Positions 36,208 through 50,800 of a stretch of DNA of 64,000 nt are shown here, piece after piece. The notes under the pieces are model-generated. The model was not told the DNA's origin and ran no database searches. It saw only the letters and a program-made list of their open reading frames with translations. Position 1 is the stretch's first letter. The number at the start of each line of letters is the position of its first letter. The translations under genes and the position numbers were made by a program. This DNA comes from Phoronis australis. Its lineage: Eukaryota > Animalia > Phoronida. Where the stretch lies: assembly GCA_002633005.1 (NCBI GenBank), contig NMRA01000263.1:486143-550142 (forward strand), in the 5' to 3' direction.

Positions 36208-38828
36208 TGACATGCCCTTATTCTGTGCTCATGCAATAAGTAAGAAGTGTTGCCACAAAAATTATCTTAAATTTTATTTGTCACCATTCTATAACAAGAT
36301 AAAATTCCCACTTGCATAAACCACCCTAAGTTTTCAACAGTTCTCTGTTAACCGAGGCTGTCGAACTTCCAGTGATTAAATTGACTTGTTACCGATACCA
36401 TTTTACTAATCACCCGACTCCATGTCAACTATGACGCTTCAAGCTAGTAGGCTATCAGTATGAATACATTAGTTGGTAAATAAGGTGTTGGATCAGCATC
36501 ATTGTTTCAAGGTTTATCTATTATTAAATCTTGTAATTCTGCTTTGGTCAGAGGTTCTTCACTGTTTATGTCTACTGTTATCAGTTGTGCTATGTTACAT
36601 GTACAAACAACATGTATATTTGCTGTTGTGTTGAATGTAATGCAGGAATAATAAATTGAGTAGATAAGTAGAGTCGACTTATTCCTAAAGCAGTGGTGAC
36701 CAATCGTGAGGGTACACAAAATACCCCAAAAATAAGGACAAGCATTTTTTATTTCTACATTCACGCCATCTGTTGGTCACTTCACATGACCTATAATCAT
36801 TTCAACTCCACAAAATTTTTGTCCTAAACAGGGCTTGCATGAAGGACCTCCTGCAGACTCTAGTTCACTGAGCCGTTGGGACCACCACTCGGCACACCAA
36901 TCAATTTGACTAGGAGGCACAAAGCACATGTGAGGACTTCCAAGTAGTTGTGTTCCATTAAAGTACAACCATATCAAAAAGAACCTCCCAAGGACTTAAG
37001 TTCATTGCAAGAGAAGTTTGTTGTTAGCAAATCAATTTGTACAGAGTACACTTGGATCAATTCTTTGCGCATATGGAATTACCATGGCAACAATTTTAAA
37101 ATACTCAACCCACAGTGTGCAACTTAAAACAGCAATTATTTTCAGTCAACTACGTTCTAAAAGGCCAGTTTCATGAAGCTGACCTAAAACAAATTGGTTT
37201 TACGCTCCACACAATTTCTCAGCAATAATCAAATCTCAACCAAGCAAAAGTGCAATGTGTCTGAGAATAGACACATAAGTGCTAGTTACTGAGATAATTC
37301 TATAAATTATTTCTTGACTGATGCACTAATCATTAATTGTCTAAATCTTTTTTCAGCAACATGTAAAATGAGAGCATGAAACCAAATTTCTGTCTTTTTA
37401 AGTGACTTTCATGAACCGGGCACCAGATGAATCCGACAGTCAGCTGTGTTTGCCAGTTGAACATGATAACTGACCTATTCATCTGAGAAGTTTGCTTCTT
37501 ACACTTGACTGAATAAAGTATGCATGTGACAAACGGTGAGTAGTTAACAGTGTTGCCAAGCAATGCCATACGAGTGAAACAGACTAGAATCATGAAATGC
37601 ATAGCCGACAATAGCGCAGCGCAAATCAAATTGTGAAATGTGAAAATGTGGAGTATAAAAGAAACCGTACGTGACAACCATGTATTATGTGAAAACAAAG
37701 TTCAAAAGTTACTTTGCACAGTCCTTATGGCAGCACAACATCAGAAAACATCCCGAACATACAAGGAGACAGACAGGTGTACAACACCGGGGAGGAGCTT
37801 ATGTTATGATACAGGGGGAGGAGGAGCTTATGTTATGATTGACATATACAATTCTGCAGAGAGCCTATATTACGATATATGTTTCAAACATCACACTCAG
37901 CATTCATATAGACACCAAGCAGAGTCACAATCACATCAGAACAAACAGTTGTATTACAAAATCATGAAAACCAGACTTACTTAGGAAACCTACTATACTT
38001 AGGAGAGACCTACTGCGCTTTAGTTAAAGCACCACTCCAAGTTCTATATCACTTACTTGCACATGACCAAAATGCGAAATGAACAGATTCAAATCAATGC
38101 CAGATACCTTAGATTTGCAGCAGTTTTGTATCTATTTGCTGCGCAGACACAAATCTAGTTTTTTAAAACTATTACTTAACAGACTTTGAACAGCAGTGCG
38201 CCGATTACTATATAAACTTTGAACAGCAGCGAGCTGATACTATATAACTACCAGACAGTACTGCAAAAGCACAACAATACTTTTCACAAAAGTCAACAGT
38301 GAACAATTAAATAGATTAAGGTGCTCTGTTTGTACCTACCAGAAGCATGTCACAATCAACCAAATAGCACACTTTAATTTTACAACTCATATTTACAAGA
38401 CAATATGCTATCTAATTCATCACATAAATAGAAATCGATATCTTAGTATATAGATAGAATCGGTTGCCAAATATTCTTGGTGTGCAAAAAGTACTGCCTG
38501 CTCTATAAAGACAGAGACTGTCCACAAACTAAAAATTCAGCCAAGCTACTACTCAGCTGTACAGCAGTTCATCTATAAATTGTTCAACCAAAGTTGCCAT
38601 ACACAATTGTTTAGTTCCTATATTTCTGATGATTTTACAACTGCGTGTGTGTGTGAATGTCATCTGCGCTAGTTGTCTGGATCAAAGTGCACAAATTAGT
38701 TTTCTTTATAAAATGATCTTCCTCTATCAAACTCGCCGGTGGCAGTATCTGTTAACGATACTCTGCCCACTCAGATAGTGTCGTGTTGGCTGTACACAGC
38801 AGATCTCACAGCTGGTCACTGTCATTCT

Positions 38829-41800
38829 TTACTGTGTCTTGGTTTTCTTTGCTGGGAAAGGTATTTTTGCTCTAACCCTGCAAGAAAAACAACTCATCAT
38901 GATGTCAAACTGCCACGCACTACAGCTAGTGAAGATACGCTGAAGTGAACACATGAATTGTGATTCGAGAACACCACACGAAGTCTTTTGAATAGCTTTG
39001 ATTTGAGAACCATTTTAACGCACACTATCCATTCAAATCACAACCCGAACATTGACCATTCTGCTAAAGAGCCTCTGAAATGCAGTTAAGGTATTGAGTT
39101 TATTCAAAGTTCAAGTGTGTACAGGAAAGAAGTGTTAAAACCTAGTTATCTATCACCATTCAGATTTCATCAAAACTGTAGAGCCAATACAAAGGGCAGA
39201 CTTGAAATCAGAATAGAACTATGTGAAAGGCGGTATAACTGCAACCCACTCCATTTGTGAAAGCCATCACATCCAAACAGCTTGTGCACAAAACTGTAGA
39301 AAAACCACAACCGGTTCACGGTTTATACACAAGAGTAAATTCCTTCCCTTTTGATGCACTTCTCAATCCACTGAAGTCATTGGCACGTGTAAACTCCTCA
39401 GACTGCTCACAATGAATTTGCAAAGACACAACAAAACTTTGCACAACGTCGTTATACTTACTGGTCGTACACCTTTTTGACATTTGACCAGGCCAAGTTC
39501 AAGTACTGATCAATAACAGTTTGGTGAGTCTCATATACCTTAGGCAGTGTGAAGGCAAACAGCACAGCTGTAAAAGAGAGATGCACACATTGAACAGGTA
39601 TAGTTAGGATAGCCTGCACACCAGACTTGTAGTCAACAACTAAAATATATTACGATCTGCTTAGTCATGGGTTTCTATTGGCGGACATGACTTTGGGCGT
39701 GTTGCATAGAGGTTGAGCAGCCAGTATTGGCTTATATAATACATCATGAATCCCTCACGACTAGTAGTAGGGCTTGGAATAACCAATGACAAAAAAAAAG
39801 GAAAATTTTCCAGGTGATGTATCGCTCCACAAATAAATGGGCTTGTTTTATAGAAACATTTTTGTTGAAAAATTTAACTGAAATCAACGTTTTTGCATGA
39901 ATAATGTCAAAATAATGATAAAAAAGAGGGAACAGGAAATCAAATACGAGGAAATCGAAACCAAAAAAAAACAGGAAATTCTCTTAAAAGAGGGAAATTC
40001 CAAGCCCCGGACTAGTTACAGTTACAGCTTCAAAAAAGGGCCTCCTAAATGCATGTTCATAACTTAGGGCACCAACTCAAGTTGTATTACTCAGAGGAGC
40101 TGTATGGGAACGATACATGGAGAATGCCAGAAGCCTCAATGCCCTGACTGGAGGGACGAATATAAACCCCTTCCCCCCTCTGAAAAATATTCAAAAATCT
40201 TTCAAAATTCCACTCATCAAGCCAAAATCTTACCTTAGGGTTAGAACCACTTCTACCATACACACGCACCCTTCACACACACCCTTCACACACACCTTTG
40301 GATTCAGAAGATTTTATGAAATACCAAAATCTTCATTATGTGAACAGAATGTGGATTTAGTCAGCAGGGGAGATAACCATTCATGAGAGTGCTAGGCTTC
40401 ACTACCTGACATCTCTACTACTTAATCTAGTCCAATTCCAGATTTTTTCTTCACCCTAAAACATTCCTCTCTCAGAAAGCACAGGTACCATTCTCCTTGG
40501 GTGAACGAGGACCCTGTACTGCAAGGTAGCTTTTAAACCAGAATTAAAAATAGTCACCACACAAGATTCTCATGGTTCTCTGACTTTTTCATCTAGCTCC
40601 GACGTCTAGTCTTTGTAATCAAAATCTAAATTATTTTTGACATTTTTTGTTCTACCTTTGAATGTGTGAATTCAAGATAATTAGCTATTACTCTGAGCTT
40701 GTGTACACTATGGTTTAAGTGGATAACTGTCTAATCCCAGCATGCACCTGATGACACCAGCACTACAGTATGAATTCCAAATTTTTTACGCATTTGTAAA
40801 ATCTAAGTATCATCCAGTGCAAACATACATTAGACAGTTAGAAGCATACATTGTAATGTACTCAAGCACATGGAAACATACACTTGACATACACTTGACA
40901 TAACTTTGTTTCAGTTATTTTCAAAATGGTGTGGAAATTAAATTTCGAGTTGTGTTTGCTGTTGCGACTGAATCAGTGACATCATATCGTAGTAAGAAGG
41001 CTCACAACGCAACCATGTTGTTGGATACAGCACTTACTATAAAGACCATAACAAGCCAACAAGTTTCACATTAAAGTTTCACAAGTGTATTTTTCAAAAG
41101 AACATGTCTTTCGTCACAGTTTTGAAAACCCATGTGTACTTGGTTCCAAAGTTTCAGACCGGCATGGCCAAGTTTGAATGACTCATTTTTCAAATGTGGC
41201 TTACGGTACCCTAGCGATTGCCTTGACCCAATTAACAAGCAAATCCCGGATGTTCTATACTCTGTGAATACTTTTCGTATCGTGAATACTTTTTGTACAG
41301 AGAATTCTCACTTTAATAAGACTATCTAAGTAGCTGGTGACCAAAACGAATGATTTTTGATCAACTTTAGGGAACAAGCTTGTCGGTTGAGCAAATGCAA
41401 AATAGGATTTTTGAGTCCTGAAAAGCACACAATTGAAAAGGGAGGGCAACTCGATTTTCTGACTGTCTGGGCTTTAGAGGCCTAGGTATATCTGCTGACA
41501 CAACAAAACATAATTTATCGCTAGATAATGACAGTGTACTTGACTTTCTGCGCCAGTGAAAAAGAGGGAGGAATGTGGCAGTGGGGTTTCATTTTTTACA
41601 ATCACCAGTTCTAGTTTTGCGGTGGGACATCAAACTGATTCACACAGAAACATCCAACCTCACAAAATGTCTGTAACATTTCATTTCATCAATGCGGCCC
41701 ACATTACTACCACAATTTGAATCAAAGTCGAGCAAAATTTGCTTTAGAGCCGTCACAATGCTTAAAAGTTGTATGTCTAGTATTAGCAACAAATCTGCCA

Positions 41801-44800
41801 CTCTAAGCACAATTGGTCATCGAGACATTCACTGAAAATGAAGATGAAATTTGCTGACCACATCTGCCGCGCTGTCACATATTCAGGAAGAGATACAACT
41901 GACCAACACTTGGTGATGGAGATGATGCGGAACATCCCGTGTCAGCTGATACATATGGGAACAAGCTACTTACCTAGAATAACTAATGTTAAGCCGTTGA
42001 ACCACGCCCCTATGTATGTCATCACCCATAGCAGCAAACCAAACTGAAAATTCAAAGAAAGACATTACATGTAAAACACAAGTAAACTGGATTTTAGTTT
42101 CAAACCCTTATCCAGACACTCTTGAGTTTTTAAGAATAAAATGACAGAAACAAAAATGTGTTGTTTTTATCTCACGTGACAAGAGTATACTCATTCAATT
42201 CCAAGGGAGGGTTATCAAGATGTGAAAATACAAGCACACAAATGGAAGATCATTACCAAATCTGCTGGTTAAGAATATTCTCAACCGCCCATGGCTGTGC
42301 TTTTGATACATTTTCTATTCAAGATCCTGCTTCAAAACTTTTCGGATAAGGTATTCTGCTTCTAGAGTAAATAGCCCAATATCTGAAACTGAGGATCCAC
42401 CATGCTATGTAATTAAACAAAAATCTTAGAGAACGGAAGACCTGGATTGTACTAGACTTCCAACTTTATCCTCATGACTTGGCTCTTTGCATGACCTTAA
42501 CATGTAGTGTTCAAGCTACAACACAACACGCCCATCACACCAGGTCATCATGTCAGACTGGCATGTCACCAGCACACCTGGGGCCAAGACAACATACCTT
42601 GATAGACTCTACAAGATCTTTCACCATGAACAGGTCTCTGAGCTGAACCAGGACAGGGTTAAGTCGACCGGCCAACGTGTCAACGAGATCATGTACCTTG
42701 TTCACAGGCACAGTGACATCCATCTCCAGGAAATCTCTGAAGTGACCAGCAGGCAAAATACTGTTAGCTAACACTGACAAAGTTAAAGTCAAGTCACAGA
42801 CATGTCAAAAGTATCCACTAGTCAAAGTCAAAGTCGACCAATCAACTGTCCATCAACATACTTGATCTGTAATCTTTTGATATGATTACTTCAGGTTATG
42901 TAGACCCTTATTGACTTGTCGCTGCATTTAGCAAAATATTTACAGAACTACAGGTTTTAACTCGGTAAAACTATATATAATCTTTAGGAAAGCCTGTAGA
43001 ATTTGATTTTTGACTTAATACCAATCTGCTGTTGATCGGGTCATGTGACATTGTCCTGTTAGTAAAATTTAGCAAATAAAGGCAAATCCATCACAAAGCA
43101 ACGGTCTCAATAATATTAACATATTTCGTTTGATGATAATGTTCAAGATGAAAACTAAAAAAAACATAACGGCACGGCTCAACACTAACGGTTGCCCGAT
43201 TGCCCGTGCACATGTAGATTTTGCGTCGGGCAAGTGGAATTTGAAAAGTGCTTGCCCGATGGGCAAGTTAAAAAGCTGGCCATATAGGCAAGCAGATCCT
43301 AAGATTGTCTGCTTGACATTTGCTCCGAAGTAACGAACCCCGACACAAGCCTAAAAACCATCGAAAAAAGCTCGTGTGGCCGTCAAAGAAACTCCCGTCT
43401 TCGAATGAGCACCGAAAGGAAAATAGAACGAGTGTGATGCAGCATGCACAGATGACACCCGCGGTCAAATCCTTTCGATTCTCTGAACGTGCCCTGCAGT
43501 TTCTGAATAAGTTGTCACGTGATACTACTGATCGTCTGCACTCTGGCAAAACGTCCAAACAAGGAAGCCGTCCAGATGCTAAAAAAACGAGTTCAGGAAG
43601 AATCAAAGCAACAATATGAAACGAAAAGAGTGCGGGGATGGTTTCCGTCATGGGACGTTAGGTTTCCTGGCCTGCGAGACAGTGAACAAGGGATGACGTA
43701 TGATTTTTGCCGGCGTTTACCCATGTACCGAGCTGGAAGCACCGCGTTCGTCGGCGGATGTAAGTCATACAGATAAGCGCAAAAGCTAAAAAGTGAATGA
43801 TTGACCACATATTTTCTACACTACACAGCAGTTTTAAAGGCCTGGTATTTATTCAGGGGGAATTCCAAAGGAAAATCTTATGAATTCCCGGCTCCCGCTG
43901 GCGACTCCCGAAAGAAGAGGAATACGGTCTTCATGATTGTCGCTCTGAAGGGTGACTTTTTCGCGGCCTATCTATTTTTCAAAAATGTAATTATTTATTG
44001 AAAATAAAAGTATATGTGGCATTATTATATGTTAAAATTTGATTTTAATTTAATACAAGGTACCGATGACCAAAACTGTGCAAGATTTTTACGGATAGCA
44101 AAAATTCAAATTCAGGTTAAGCAAAGTTTAATGCATGAGGGCGTATAAACTAATGAATACACAGAAGTGTCTAGAGTTCATGTCCTACCTCATTTTGGCG
44201 CCTGTGAACGTGAGACAATGGTTTTGATACCATAGTTACTCTTCTAATTTGTCTCTCTAACGTTTTGACACACCTTATAAATATATGTTCTATGAGAAGA
44301 ATCGTTAAAAAGTAGCTACTCATAGCATGCACGACACAAGAGGAGGCTCAGCGCAGGCAGCCCTACGGTAACACATTACCTAGGTGTGCACATGCACGGT
44401 GCTATTTGGGATTGTACTTGGGGCAAGTGAATTTGTTGTTCGGGCAAGTAAAAATTTCAACTTCTTGCCCGAAGGGCAAGTGGCTTAAAAAGTTAATGTT
44501 GAGCCTGCATAACGGTACCGTAACAATTATCATTTGGAACTTGAAACATTGCCAAAGTGAAATTATAATAACAAATACCTTAACCAAACTTAACAACTTG
44601 ACATTTTGTTACACATTCTTACTCAGATATGTTAACCAAACTTAACACTTTGACATTTCCTTAGACTTCCTTACCTAGATACAAAGTTAATTTGGTCTCT
44701 GAGCAGCAATGTTATTTTTCTTGTAGACATTTGCCTACTCGCCCAACATAAAATAAAACAATCCCTCTGATGTCAACACGCCTAATAGACTCTTTCGGTT

Positions 44801-47800
44801 AGCAACATTCCCCCCCCCCCCCCCNNCCCCCCCCCCCCGCCTCTCTCCATTGTCCACTTGCCACAAAGTGTTACACACGCACTCACTTAAACGGGTCACC
44901 ATCTCCTGATTTCTGCACAGCGTTGACAACATTCTTGTAGACCTTGAAGCTAAAGGTGACGGTGAGTGCCGCCAACGACAGGTAGGAGAAGACGCTGATG
45001 AGCGAGAAGAATGAAAAGGAGAGAAGTACGAAGAGGAGACTGCCAAAGACCACACCCGTCTTCTTGACATCACGCCAGTAGACCAGGTCAACCACTACGG
45101 AGAGTATGGAAGTGACGGTTAGCCGACATCACATGTTACTTCAATTACATTGTATCAATATGTCATGACATGTCACGCTCATTGACTATAAAATCAGAAG
45201 TAAAACTGAAGAAGGGCAGTGAAAAGCTTGGTCAGTTGAAACAAGTTCAATAGCAGGGCTGTGTAGCAATCACAAAGAGCATCACAAAACTGTCAACTGA
45301 TTTTGAGTGGTTGATGGGTCTTCACTGTTCAGTTGGTTAGAGCACTACAAGTTTCTTGCCAACACAAGCCTTACACACTCTAAATAACATCCAGTTATTC
45401 TGTTACACAATGTGTGCACTGCTACACTACAATACACTGCACTCCTCAGTCTTCTAGAACCTAGCAACTGTTAGATCTTGTAATCCAAACAACATGTATT
45501 GATGAAAATAACAGTTCATACAAATAAATACAAATTAAGAGCAGAATTAACCTAATCTTTGCAACTGAAACAATGGTAGAGTCCAGACTAACAGGTAATA
45601 ACAAGTCAACTCTCTGCCTACATACCATGAACAACAAACATTGTCCACGACACTGAAGACAAAGCGACTGTTCCTTGAGTGTCCCCTATCACTACATGGC
45701 CAGACACACACACAGCTGCCTGCAACCAGGCTTAGTTCCAGTTGAGTGACAGACACAATTTTGCTCACTTCTACCACCCAGGTTATAGGTGGCATACTTA
45801 GAAGGACCGTGGACACATGCACAAAATATTTTGACATCCATGCATAGCGTGGAGAGAAATCAGCTTGTGCTTAGACAAAGGTCTTGTCTCTGAACACTGC
45901 CATTCATAAACTTTCAACACCTGAACGTGTTTCACCAATTTTCTCATAATTCCAGAGATTTGAAAGATAAGAAAAATGCGTCTCAGAACATAAGCCTCCT
46001 CATCATCTATTTCAAGAACTAAAAAGAAGCATATTCTGGGTACAAATGACAAGGTAACAATGTGAAGGCAGACACTGTGAGGAGACACCAGGACACATCT
46101 ATGACTGAAGCCTCTTTTCTACTCATGCAATATCAAACAACATCAGATAACACCACACTGAGGTGCTTTAATTTCACATTCCAAACATCAAATGTGCAGA
46201 ACAACTGTTAAGCCTACATAATTCACTAATGTTAATTAGGCAAACAGGGAGGCGCACTGATTCAATTCCTGACATATTTTTGTAATCCAAAATATCCAGA
46301 CGACCTGAATTTTTCGTGTTAGCTGAAAATCCCAAGAAACCTCAAAACTAAATCTGATGATTTAGTAAAGAAGATTTCCCCAAGTCAAGGTGCAAAATAC
46401 ACAAACTAAAAAGGGCAAATGACAAGATGTAGTGAAAACAGCTGTTCAATGAAATCTGGACTGTGATCCACATTCATGTTCCTGGATCAAGCTGCTTTAT
46501 TGGACAACAGAACATCAACTGTGTGTCTTGTCTGTTCAACAGGGAGAGCAGTTTGAAGCAGAAAAAAACGTTTAGATTTGCTAGTGTACATGACACTAAA
46601 CATGTTTATGCAGTTTCAGGAAAATGCGAAAATTTAGATCACTGCTAACTTTAGCATCTGTATGAATAATGCAGTCAAAGATTTTTTTCAACTGCATTCA
46701 GAGACCAAGGGCGCGAGTAGGATATCAGACATGAGATATTTCTTTCCATTGAACACGATGTTTTGAGTGTAGTCCACTAACAAACATAGTTAGCACATTC
46801 ACTGTATACTATACCACAGGTGTCTTTCACTGAGGCTGGGAATGAATAAAAGAAAGAAGACAAAATGAAACCATTAACAAAACTAGACACACTGTTACCA
46901 TATTGTACAGAGAACAGAAAACGGCAGTACAGTCTTTCAGACAACGATGCAATGGTGTGCTCCATGAGCACAAAGATGAGGGAGGGATCCTAAGACAGCA
47001 TACACTTCTGGTTACAGTATGGAGAGATAACAGACCATCAGCTGCTGGAATAAGCAGGTTGTTGGTAACAAGGTGCAATTGATGTTTTCAAAGCAGTATT
47101 CATAGACGTTCTAAAATATATCTCAAATCACACTGATAGGGCAATATTGGAAGATGTCTTGGCACATTGGTCAGAACACTTAAAACTCATCCACGTTCAA
47201 TACATTTGAGACAAGCACAGCAATTAAACACTGNGGTCTACACCAATTTTTTATTAAAAATGCTCACTACAGAAGGCTGTTTTGTAAACTTAGATGTAAA
47301 AACCTTGGTCTATGCATTTTTTTGGAAAAAAAATCTGTGTGTTTGGGGGGATTGCTGGGGATGGGGGGTTATGCGTCGAAATTATGGACGCCCTGGAATA
47401 TTGGGAACCTCATTTTGGACACCCTATTTTCGAAATCCTGGATGAAGGCCTGCGATGCGATGGTGTGCTCCATGAGCACAAAGATGAGGGAGGGATCCTA
47501 AGACAGCATACACTTCTGGTTACAGTATGGAGAGATAACAGACCATTAGCTGCTGGAATAAGCAGGTTGTTGGTAACAAGGTGCAATTGATGTTTTCAAA
47601 GCAGTATTCATAGACGTTCTAAAATATATCTAAAATCACACTGATAGGGCAATATTGGAAGATGTCTTGGTACATTGGTCAGAACACTTAAAACTCATCC
47701 ACGTTCAATACATTTGAGACAAGCACAGCAATTAAACACTGAATGGCAACATTAACATACATATAACATGCTCAAGGGAATTATTGACCAATAGAGTTGT

Positions 47801-50800
47801 AGAAGACTGCAAGGACTTGTGAGATATGTCCAGTAGATGAATAATGGGATGAGTCATGATCATGGGTCAATACAAGTAGGGACATCAGTCACTGGCAGTT
47901 TTTTTCCTTTTGATTGATTAGCTGCTGAAACCTGATTTCAAATGCCCCAGAAATCACTTTCCCATTATATCCAGGTTCTTAGATGTTCATTCCCTTGCTT
48001 AGATTCACTAGTAAGACCGAGCTCAGACGTGTAAGAGACTCTTTTGTGCAATGCTCGATTGTCTGCCGGTAAAGCTAAGATTTAAAACCGAGTCTCCCGA
48101 ACGGGAGTCCCGGGCTCAAACCACAGAACCACTGTCTCCCTTTCAAATGTGTTCAAAGCATAAAATACCCTTGGTAAGTCTGCACAGAACTTCAAGTAAT
48201 CAGTTTTGGTGCCCAATATCAAGCTGTGAGCAAGTTTGACAAAACTTGTTCTACCAGCTCTGTACAGAGCTCTTTAGGAAAGGTCATTTAATTGTAAATT
48301 ACCGAATTACACTCAATCACAATTCATTGGGATATGTCACTGAAATGCCCTCTATACCCACACATAATTTGCTGATAATATACAAAACTGATGGTATATT
48401 TGCTTGCAAGGCAGATGTGTTGGCATGCAAATCTACACAAGACCAGTCCATATTGACACATAGGCCAGTGGTTCCCTCTATAACTAGCTAGGTCAATGTC
48501 TGAGTGTCAAGACAACAAGGCCATGTAAACAGGACAAAATGAGATGATACATCATCTGACACTTTAATTTCATACCTAGTGATCAATGACATGCCCCAAC
48601 TCTGAGAATGGTAATTAGAAAAAACATCATCACAGCAATACAGATAACTTTCAATAACAAAGAACCACACAACTGACTTGTGCAGACACGGATATTCACA
48701 GACCAGATTTATCACTAGTTAAATTCTGAACATTATGCACACCTATGAAATCAATGTCTTGTCACGCTCTATATGACAGCAACACCAACTTATACAGCTG
48801 AAGTGTGACAAGACATTTCACAACACAACAAACTGCAATAGAGATGTACCACACTATTTGGTTGCTGTTGTTGATACATGTTTCCTGCTACACATACTCA
48901 CATCTGTTATTAATAGGTTTCAATCCATGTTCTGCAATGGGACTATTCTACACGCCAGATGAGAGTGGAAGAACAAATTTGTACGGCTGTGCACACTAAC
49001 TAGACACAAACCTCCCACAGGGCTTGGAATTTTCTTCTTTTAGGAGGATTTCCTTTTTTGATTTACATTTCTTGTTATTTTATTTCCAGTTACCTCTTTT
49101 TCCGTCTCTTTATCATTTTCTTGACTTTATTCATGCAAAAGCATTTAATTCAGTTAAAACTTACAACACGGAATTTTATATTTCTATCACACAAGCCTAT
49201 TTCTTTGTGGAACGCTGCGTCACCTGGGAAATTTTCTCTTTTTTTGTCAACGGTCATTCCAAGCCCGGCTCCTAACCTACTAAAGGATCAGGATCTCAGA
49301 GTTAATGAGATGTATGTAGCTCATCTCTGGTATGAGAAATTCAAACAATGTGGCCTCACTTCCATAAACAGTCGTGCATTGATCCACCAACTATGTAACA
49401 GTCACGTCACCTAATGCAAAAGGTAAGTATTTATATACATAGCTATGAATCACACGATGGCCAACTGCCAAGTTTGCAGTTTCCAAACGATTCATAAACA
49501 AACTAAAAAATCAATAGATGATGTGAATGTGCAGTGTGCCTGCCAACCTGTGTGTATGTTTAACTTAAACCATAATCAGAGTGAAGCCATAGATTTTTCT
49601 AGTTTCCACGGCCATTAGAGCTCAATTCTTAGTGACACCATCCATATTGGCATTCTTCAGGATCACAAGCTATCCAATTAACTGGCAAAAAACGATGCTC
49701 AATGCATAAAAACGCTGTTGAAGACATACAGTTACTAACAGTTAAATGCGCTAGGTCACTTGCTCTTCACTATAATGAGGATTGAGGAAATGAATAAAAC
49801 CTAAGCAACATCTCTACTTCTATGAAGAGTTGAATTGTCCAGACTAAGACCTGAAGGTATAAGCACAAGTTGACAATAAAGATAACACTACACATGACTC
49901 AAATGCAAACTGAGTTGCAAAAATACAGTAGAAACACCATAAGGGCTCTGTTTCATGAAAGTTTAAGCCTCAAGCTTGATCTCGATTGTTGGCATGACGT
50001 CAACTGCATCGTTCAAGAAGCACAACGTGACATGTGATGGAATGGCCGCATTGTTACTACAGCCTAAGCTAAAACCAAAACAGTTTCATGAAACGGAGTC
50101 ATGTAGGCTGTACACAAAATCTTTTTTATCAAGTATCATTATTTGTATCACACCAAGTCAATTTCAGATGTCGCAGTTGACTCACAACAGGATATCTACC
50201 CTGCTCAGACTGTCTTTACCTAACACACAGTACTGTGTAAATACCTCAGTCTAATTCTCAAGCTGCTTTAACATGAGACGCAGTTATAACCATGTCAGGC
50301 AGTTATAACCATGTCAGGCAGTTATAACCATGTCAGTGGACATGGCGCGACTTGCTCCACTTTAGGTGCATTTACACAACATTAGATCGCAAACTGGATC
50401 TGCGTGAGCCACTTACACGAAGACAATAACGGAATGTCCAAAACACATGGAAATGGAATGCCAGCTGATCCCCGAATACACACTATTGCGCAAGCCCATT
50501 GAAAGATGATCCATTTCCGCCCTGTTCCAGTTGTGTTTAGAGGTGCAGTTAACACTGAATAACTGATCGAGTGTAACTCGCTCTACCTAGTCCTATCCAA
50601 CAAGTGTCCCAAAACTGGCCGTCACGCCACGGAGACACTAGCTTTAGCGAGTGTCAATCGTGTTCACATGCACACTTGCACTGGTCACTGGAGCAGATGT
50701 TCCCTGTTAGCTGCACTAGGTCAGTTGTCTCTCATGGAAATGCAGCTTTAGTGTGCCTCATCTTTAGCATGAAGAGTGATAGAGTAGATAACCTGACAGA

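Noticed and set aside
45325-45350. tRNA A-box-like TCAGTTGGTTAGAGCA (also a B-box-like GGTTCGA on - near 30533)
   Set aside because: No cloverleaf or matching second box; at most degraded SINE remnants.
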